Of a DNA stretch of 64,000 bases, positions 60,138-64,000 are shown piece by piece. The notes under the pieces were generated by a model. It did not search any database, was not told where the DNA came from, and saw only the letters and a list, made by a program, of their open reading frames with translations. A program made the position numbers and the translations under genes. Each line of letters opens with the position of its first letter. Position 1 is the stretch's first letter. This DNA is from Candidatus Palauibacter sp. (GTDB lineage: Bacteria; Gemmatimonadota; Gemmatimonadetes; Palauibacterales; Palauibacteraceae): NCBI RefSeq assembly GCF_965261555.1, contig NZ_OZ253465.1:2649318-2713317 (forward strand), in the 5' to 3' direction.

Positions 60138-60200
60138 CTCGCCCCGTTCCCCGGACAGTAGCCCGGAAAGTCTCAGTATCAGGAATCAGGAGGTGCGGCC

Positions 60201-60557
60201 ATGCCACGCGCGACGAGCAGCGTTGCACGTAACCGTCGAAAGAAGAAGGTCCTCAAGGAAGCCCGCGGTCAGTTTGGAGCGCGGTCGAAGCTCTATCGCA
60301 CCGCGAAGAACTCCGTCGAGCGCGGCTGGGCCTATGCATACGTCGACCGGCGGAAGAAGAAGCGCGACTTTCGCCGACTGTGGATCTCCCGCATCAACGC
60401 CGCGGCCCGGCAGAACGGAATCTCATACTCCCGCTTCGTCAGCGGGCTGAAGAGCGCCGGCGTCGACCTGAACCGCAAGGTGCTCGCGGACCTCGCCATT
60501 CGGGATCCGGCCGCCTTTACCAAGCTCGTCGAGGTGGCCAAAGCGCACGGCCCATGA
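60201..60557 (+). CDS. rplT: 50S ribosomal protein L20
   Basis: [40 protein letters not shown]. Confidence 0.97.
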   Translation: MPRATSSVARNRRKKKVLKEARGQFGARSKLYRTAKNSVERGWAYAYVDRRKKKRDFRRLWISRINAAARQNGISYSRFVSGLKSAGVDLNRKVLADLAIRDPAAFTKLVEVAKAHGP

Positions 60558-61585
60558 CCCCGGCCGGAGCTTCCCTCCTCGATCGGCTCGGCGCGATCGA
60601 GGGGAAGGGGCTCGCCGCGATCGGGGAGGCGACGGATTCCGCCACGCTCGAGTCCGCCCGCGTCGAATACCTGGGCCGGAACGGTCAGTTGGCCGACGTC
60701 ATGTCCCTGATCGGCACGGTCGAGGCCCAGGCCCGACGCGACGTCGGACAGCGCGCGAACGCGGTGAAGACGGTGCTGCGCGGAGCCCTCGAAGAGCGGG
60801 CGAAGGCGCTGGAGAGCGCGACCGGCGGGCCGCGCGCCCGCATCGATCGGACGCTTCCCGCTCGCGAGCGCTGGGTCGGCGGCGTGCATCCCGTGACCCG
60901 CGTCATCGACGAGATCTGCGAGATCTTCGCCGAAATCGGCTTCACGAGCGTGCTCGGCCCCGAGATCGAGTCCACGTGGTACAACTTCACCGCGCTCAAT
61001 ATCCCGCTCGATCACCCCGCCGCCGACATGATGGACACGTTCTACCTGGAGAAGGACGTCGTGCTGCGGACGCACACGTCGCCCGTCCAGGCGCGCGTGA
61101 TGGAGGCCTTCCGGCCCCCCGTCCGCGTGGTCGTGCCGGGGCTTGCGTACCGGCGTGACTCCTTCGATCCCTCGCACGCCCCCGCCTTCGAGCAGATCGA
61201 GGGTCTCGCGGTCGACGAAGGCGTGGACTTCGTCGAGTTCCGAGCCGCGATCGAGCACTTCGTGCACCATTTCTTCGGTCCGGGTACGAAGACCCGGTTT
61301 CGGCCGTCGTTCTATCCCTTCACCGAGCCTTCGGCGGAGGTGGACGTGTCGTGCACCGTGTGCGCGAACGGTTGTTCCACCTGCAAGCGCACGGGCTGGA
61401 TCACGATCATGGGAAGCGGGATGGTGGATCCCGCCGTCTTCGAGGCGGTGGGGTACGACCCCGAGCGCTTCACCGGCTATGCATTCGGGATGGGACCGGC
61501 CCGCATCGCGATGGTGCGGCACGGGATCCCCGACATGCGGCTCCTCTACGAGGGGGAGATGAGCTTTCTGCAGCAGTTCGCATGA
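60554..61585 (+). CDS. pheS: Phenylalanine--tRNA ligase alpha subunit
   Basis: [44 protein letters not shown]. Confidence 0.97.
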   Translation: MTPAGASLLDRLGAIEGKGLAAIGEATDSATLESARVEYLGRNGQLADVMSLIGTVEAQARRDVGQRANAVKTVLRGALEERAKALESATGGPRARIDRTLPARERWVGGVHPVTRVIDEICEIFAEIGFTSVLGPEIESTWYNFTALNIPLDHPAADMMDTFYLEKDVVLRTHTSPVQARVMEAFRPPVRVVVPGLAYRRDSFDPSHAPAFEQIEGLAVDEGVDFVEFRAAIEHFVHHFFGPGTKTRFRPSFYPFTEPSAEVDVSCTVCANGCSTCKRTGWITIMGSGMVDPAVFEAVGYDPERFTGYAFGMGPARIAMVRHGIPDMRLLYEGEMSFLQQFA

Positions 61586-64000
61586 ACATCTCGTTCAACT
61601 GGATCGACGAACTCGTCGGACTGCGCGGGGAGTTGAGCGACCCGCAGGTTCTGGCCGAGCGCCTGACCATGACCGCCGCCGCGGTGGAGAAGATCGAGAC
61701 GGTGGGCGCGGGGCTGGGCGGGATCGTCGTGTCCCGCGTGCTCGAGACCCGTCCGCACCCGAACGCGGACCGGCTCACGCTGTGCAAGGTGGACCGGGGC
61801 GCGGGCGAGGTGCTCGACGTCGTGTGCGGGGCTCCCGTCGTCGCGACCGGAGGGCTCTATCCGCACGTGGCGCCCGGAGGGGAACTCCCGGGCGGCTTCC
61901 GCATCGAGAGCCGGAAGATCCGCGGTGAATTGAGTCACGGGATGCTGTGCTCGGAGGCCGAACTCGAGCTGGGCCGCGACAAGGGGGGCATCATGCGGCT
62001 TGCGGACGGGCTCGAGCCGGGAACGCCGCTCGCGGCGGCGCTGGGCCTGCCCGACACGCGCCTCACGCTGGACCTGAACCCGAACCGGGTCGACCTCGCC
62101 TGCCACGTGGGGGTCGCGCGGGAAGTGGGAGGGCCTCCGTCGCCGCGCGACTTCGGGGGGACGGCGTGGACGCCCGAGTGGCGCGACGGCGAGTCGGAGG
62201 CGGGCGGAGCCGGAGTCACGGTCCGCATCGAGGATCTCGACCGGTGTCCGCGCTACATGGCCGCCGTCATCCGGGGGGTCAGGGTCGGGCCGTCGCCGGC
62301 GTGGCTCGCGGGCCGGCTGCTCGCGGTGGGCGCGCGCCCCATCAGCAACGTCGTCGATGCGACGAACTACGTCCTGCACGAGTACAACCAGCCTCTGCAC
62401 GCCTTCGATCTCGCGCGGCTGTCGGGAGCGGAGATCCGCGTGCGCGCGGCCGTGGCCGGCGAGCCGCTGACGACGCTCGATGGCCAGGAGCACAGGCTCG
62501 CGCCCGAACAGACGGTGATCGCCGACCGCGATCGCGCGATCGCCTTCGCGGGGGTCATGGGAGGGCTCGACACGGAGGTGACCGGAGACACGGTCGATCT
62601 GCTCATCGAGTGCGCGTCGTTCGACCCGTCCGGCGTGCGGCGGACGCGGACCCGCGCGGGACTTTCCACCGACGCCTCCTATCGTTTCGAGCGGGGGATC
62701 GATGTCCACGCCCAGGAGCGTGCGCTCGCGCGCTGCGTGGAACTCATCGTCGCCACCGCCGGTGGCGAGGCGGACCTCGTCGGCCTCCGCGCGGGTCCGG
62801 CGCCGGCCCCGGTTCCGCCGATCGACGTCCGCGTCAGTCGCGTGAACCAGGTACTCGGCTTCGGGCTCGGCGGGGCGGAGGTCCGCGCGGCGCTCGAGCC
62901 GATCGGCTTCAAGGCCCTCCCCGGCGTGCAGGGTGGCGCCGACGGGGAGGGTGGCGCCGACGCGACCGACGTGCTGCGCATCTCCGTGCCCGGATGGCGC
63001 ACGGACATCGCGCGGGAGATCGACCTCGTCGAGGAAGTCGCGCGCCGGGTCGGGTACGACGCTGCCGAAGGACAGGACCGCAGGTTCCGGCCCAGCGCGG
63101 TGCCCGCGGATCCGCGCGTCGAAAAGGCGGCCAGAGTGCGGGAGTTGCTCACCGGACGCGGACTCCTCGAGGCTCGCAGCCTGAGCTTCATGCCGGAGGA
63201 CTTCCGGGGGAATCGCGCCGTCGTCCCGGTGCCGAACCCGCTCTCGGCGGAAGAGAGTTGCCTTCGCTCCGCCATGGTCCCCGTGCTGCTTCGGCGCCTG
63301 GAACACAATTATGCGCGCGGCAACCGCAACGTGCGCCTGTTCGAACTCGGCACCGTGTTCGCGTACGCGGCCGGCCCGGGCCCGGAAGAGGAGGCGGACG
63401 GGACCGGTCGTTTCGAGGAGTCCGGAAGGGTCGGGGCCATCATCGCCGGCACCCGGCGTCCGGATCACTGGTCGGGACCGGCGCTCGATTTCGACCTGTG
63501 GGATCTCAAGGAGATCGCCGGATCGTTCGCGGATCGTCTGTGCGGTGCGACCCTGGTGCCGTTCGACGACGCCGTGGCCATTGACGCCACGGAGAGCGGA
63601 GCGTCCCTCGAGGGACCGTGGCTCTCCCGCGGCGGATTCCGCGCCGTGAAGGACGGTCGCGTAGTCGGCGTCGCGGGGGTCGTGGACGAGGCGTCGCTCG
63701 ACGCTCCCCCGTGGGCCGCGTCCGCGTTCGCGCTCGAATTCGACCTTGCCGCCGTCGAGGGGCGATCCGTGCCCGCCTACCGGAAGACGTCGCCGTTCCC
63801 CGCCGTGCGCCGGGACCTGTCGATGACGGTGCCGCGGGGCGTCCCCGCCGCGGACATCGAACGGGCGGTCCGGGAGGCGACCTCCGATCTCCTGCGTGCC
63901 GTAAGCCTCTTCGACGTTTACTCGGGCGAGGAGATCGAGGGCGGCCGCCTCGGGCTCGCGTGGACGTTTCGCTTCCGGGCTCCCGACCGTACGCTGACGG
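61582..64000 (+). CDS. pheT: Phenylalanine--tRNA ligase beta subunit (truncated by the window edge)
   Basis: Translated by hand: MNISFNW, HPNADRL, VVCGAP, GMLCS, PNR.D, SNVVDATNY, REIDLVEEVAR, FPAVRRDLS, FRAPDRTLT. Open to the edge, so absent from the ORF track. Confidence 0.96.
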   Translation, partial: MNISFNWIDELVGLRGELSDPQVLAERLTMTAAAVEKIETVGAGLGGIVVSRVLETRPHPNADRLTLCKVDRGAGEVLDVVCGAPVVATGGLYPHVAPGGELPGGFRIESRKIRGELSHGMLCSEAELELGRDKGGIMRLADGLEPGTPLAAALGLPDTRLTLDLNPNRVDLACHVGVAREVGGPPSPRDFGGTAWTPEWRDGESEAGGAGVTVRIEDLDRCPRYMAAVIRGVRVGPSPAWLAGRLLAVGARPISNVVDATNYVLHEYNQPLHAFDLARLSGAEIRVRAAVAGEPLTTLDGQEHRLAPEQTVIADRDRAIAFAGVMGGLDTEVTGDTVDLLIECASFDPSGVRRTRTRAGLSTDASYRFERGIDVHAQERALARCVELIVATAGGEADLVGLRAGPAPAPVPPIDVRVSRVNQVLGFGLGGAEVRAALEPIGFKALPGVQGGADGEGGADATDVLRISVPGWRTDIAREIDLVEEVARRVGYDAAEGQDRRFRPSAVPADPRVEKAARVRELLTGRGLLEARSLSFMPEDFRGNRAVVPVPNPLSAEESCLRSAMVPVLLRRLEHNYARGNRNVRLFELGTVFAYAAGPGPEEEADGTGRFEESGRVGAIIAGTRRPDHWSGPALDFDLWDLKEIAGSFADRLCGATLVPFDDAVAIDATESGASLEGPWLSRGGFRAVKDGRVVGVAGVVDEASLDAPPWAASAFALEFDLAAVEGRSVPAYRKTSPFPAVRRDLSMTVPRGVPAADIERAVREATSDLLRAVSLFDVYSGEEIEGGRLGLAWTFRFRAPDRTLT

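Overview
A high-GC (roughly 70% by eye), densely coding bacterial chromosome segment made mostly of core genes: hemE, ctaA, thiolase, gltX-tadA, pyrR-pyrB-pyrC, rpsT, scpA-scpB-rluB, a MoxR/DUF58/VWA (Bat-like) operon, selD, a tRNA(CAU), secDF-tatD-mutL-miaA-bshA-uppP-birA-coaX, groES-groEL with a perfect CIRCE, and thrS-infC-rpmI-rplT-pheS-pheT (pheT runs off the right edge). Accessory content is an envelope block (Oar-like TonB receptor, SusC/SusD pair plus two orphan lipoproteins, Hsp20, a Zn-metalloprotease, a His/Met-rich tandem NTF2-like lipoprotein, an SLC13 permease) and two tandem paralogous gluzincin lipoproteins. SusC/D, Bat and bshA genes in a high-GC diderm suggest Gemmatimonadota (inference, not verified). 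I saw no mobile elements, prophage or CRISPR arrays. The main features the ORF track misses are: (1) selD has an in-frame UGA (selenocysteine) with a SECIS-like hairpin 11 nt downstream; (2) a lipoprotein with duplicated HxxM-G-HxxM motifs, a possible Cu/Ag binder; (3) mutually exclusive terminator/antiterminator hairpins upstream of infC; (4) a Fur-family/MerC module with a 7-2-7 palindromic operator; (5) pyrR has no ATG/GTG/TTG start; (6) several genes look leaderless; (7) a consensus sigma-54 promoter precedes hsp20. All product calls come from motif recognition by eye; no database searches were run.
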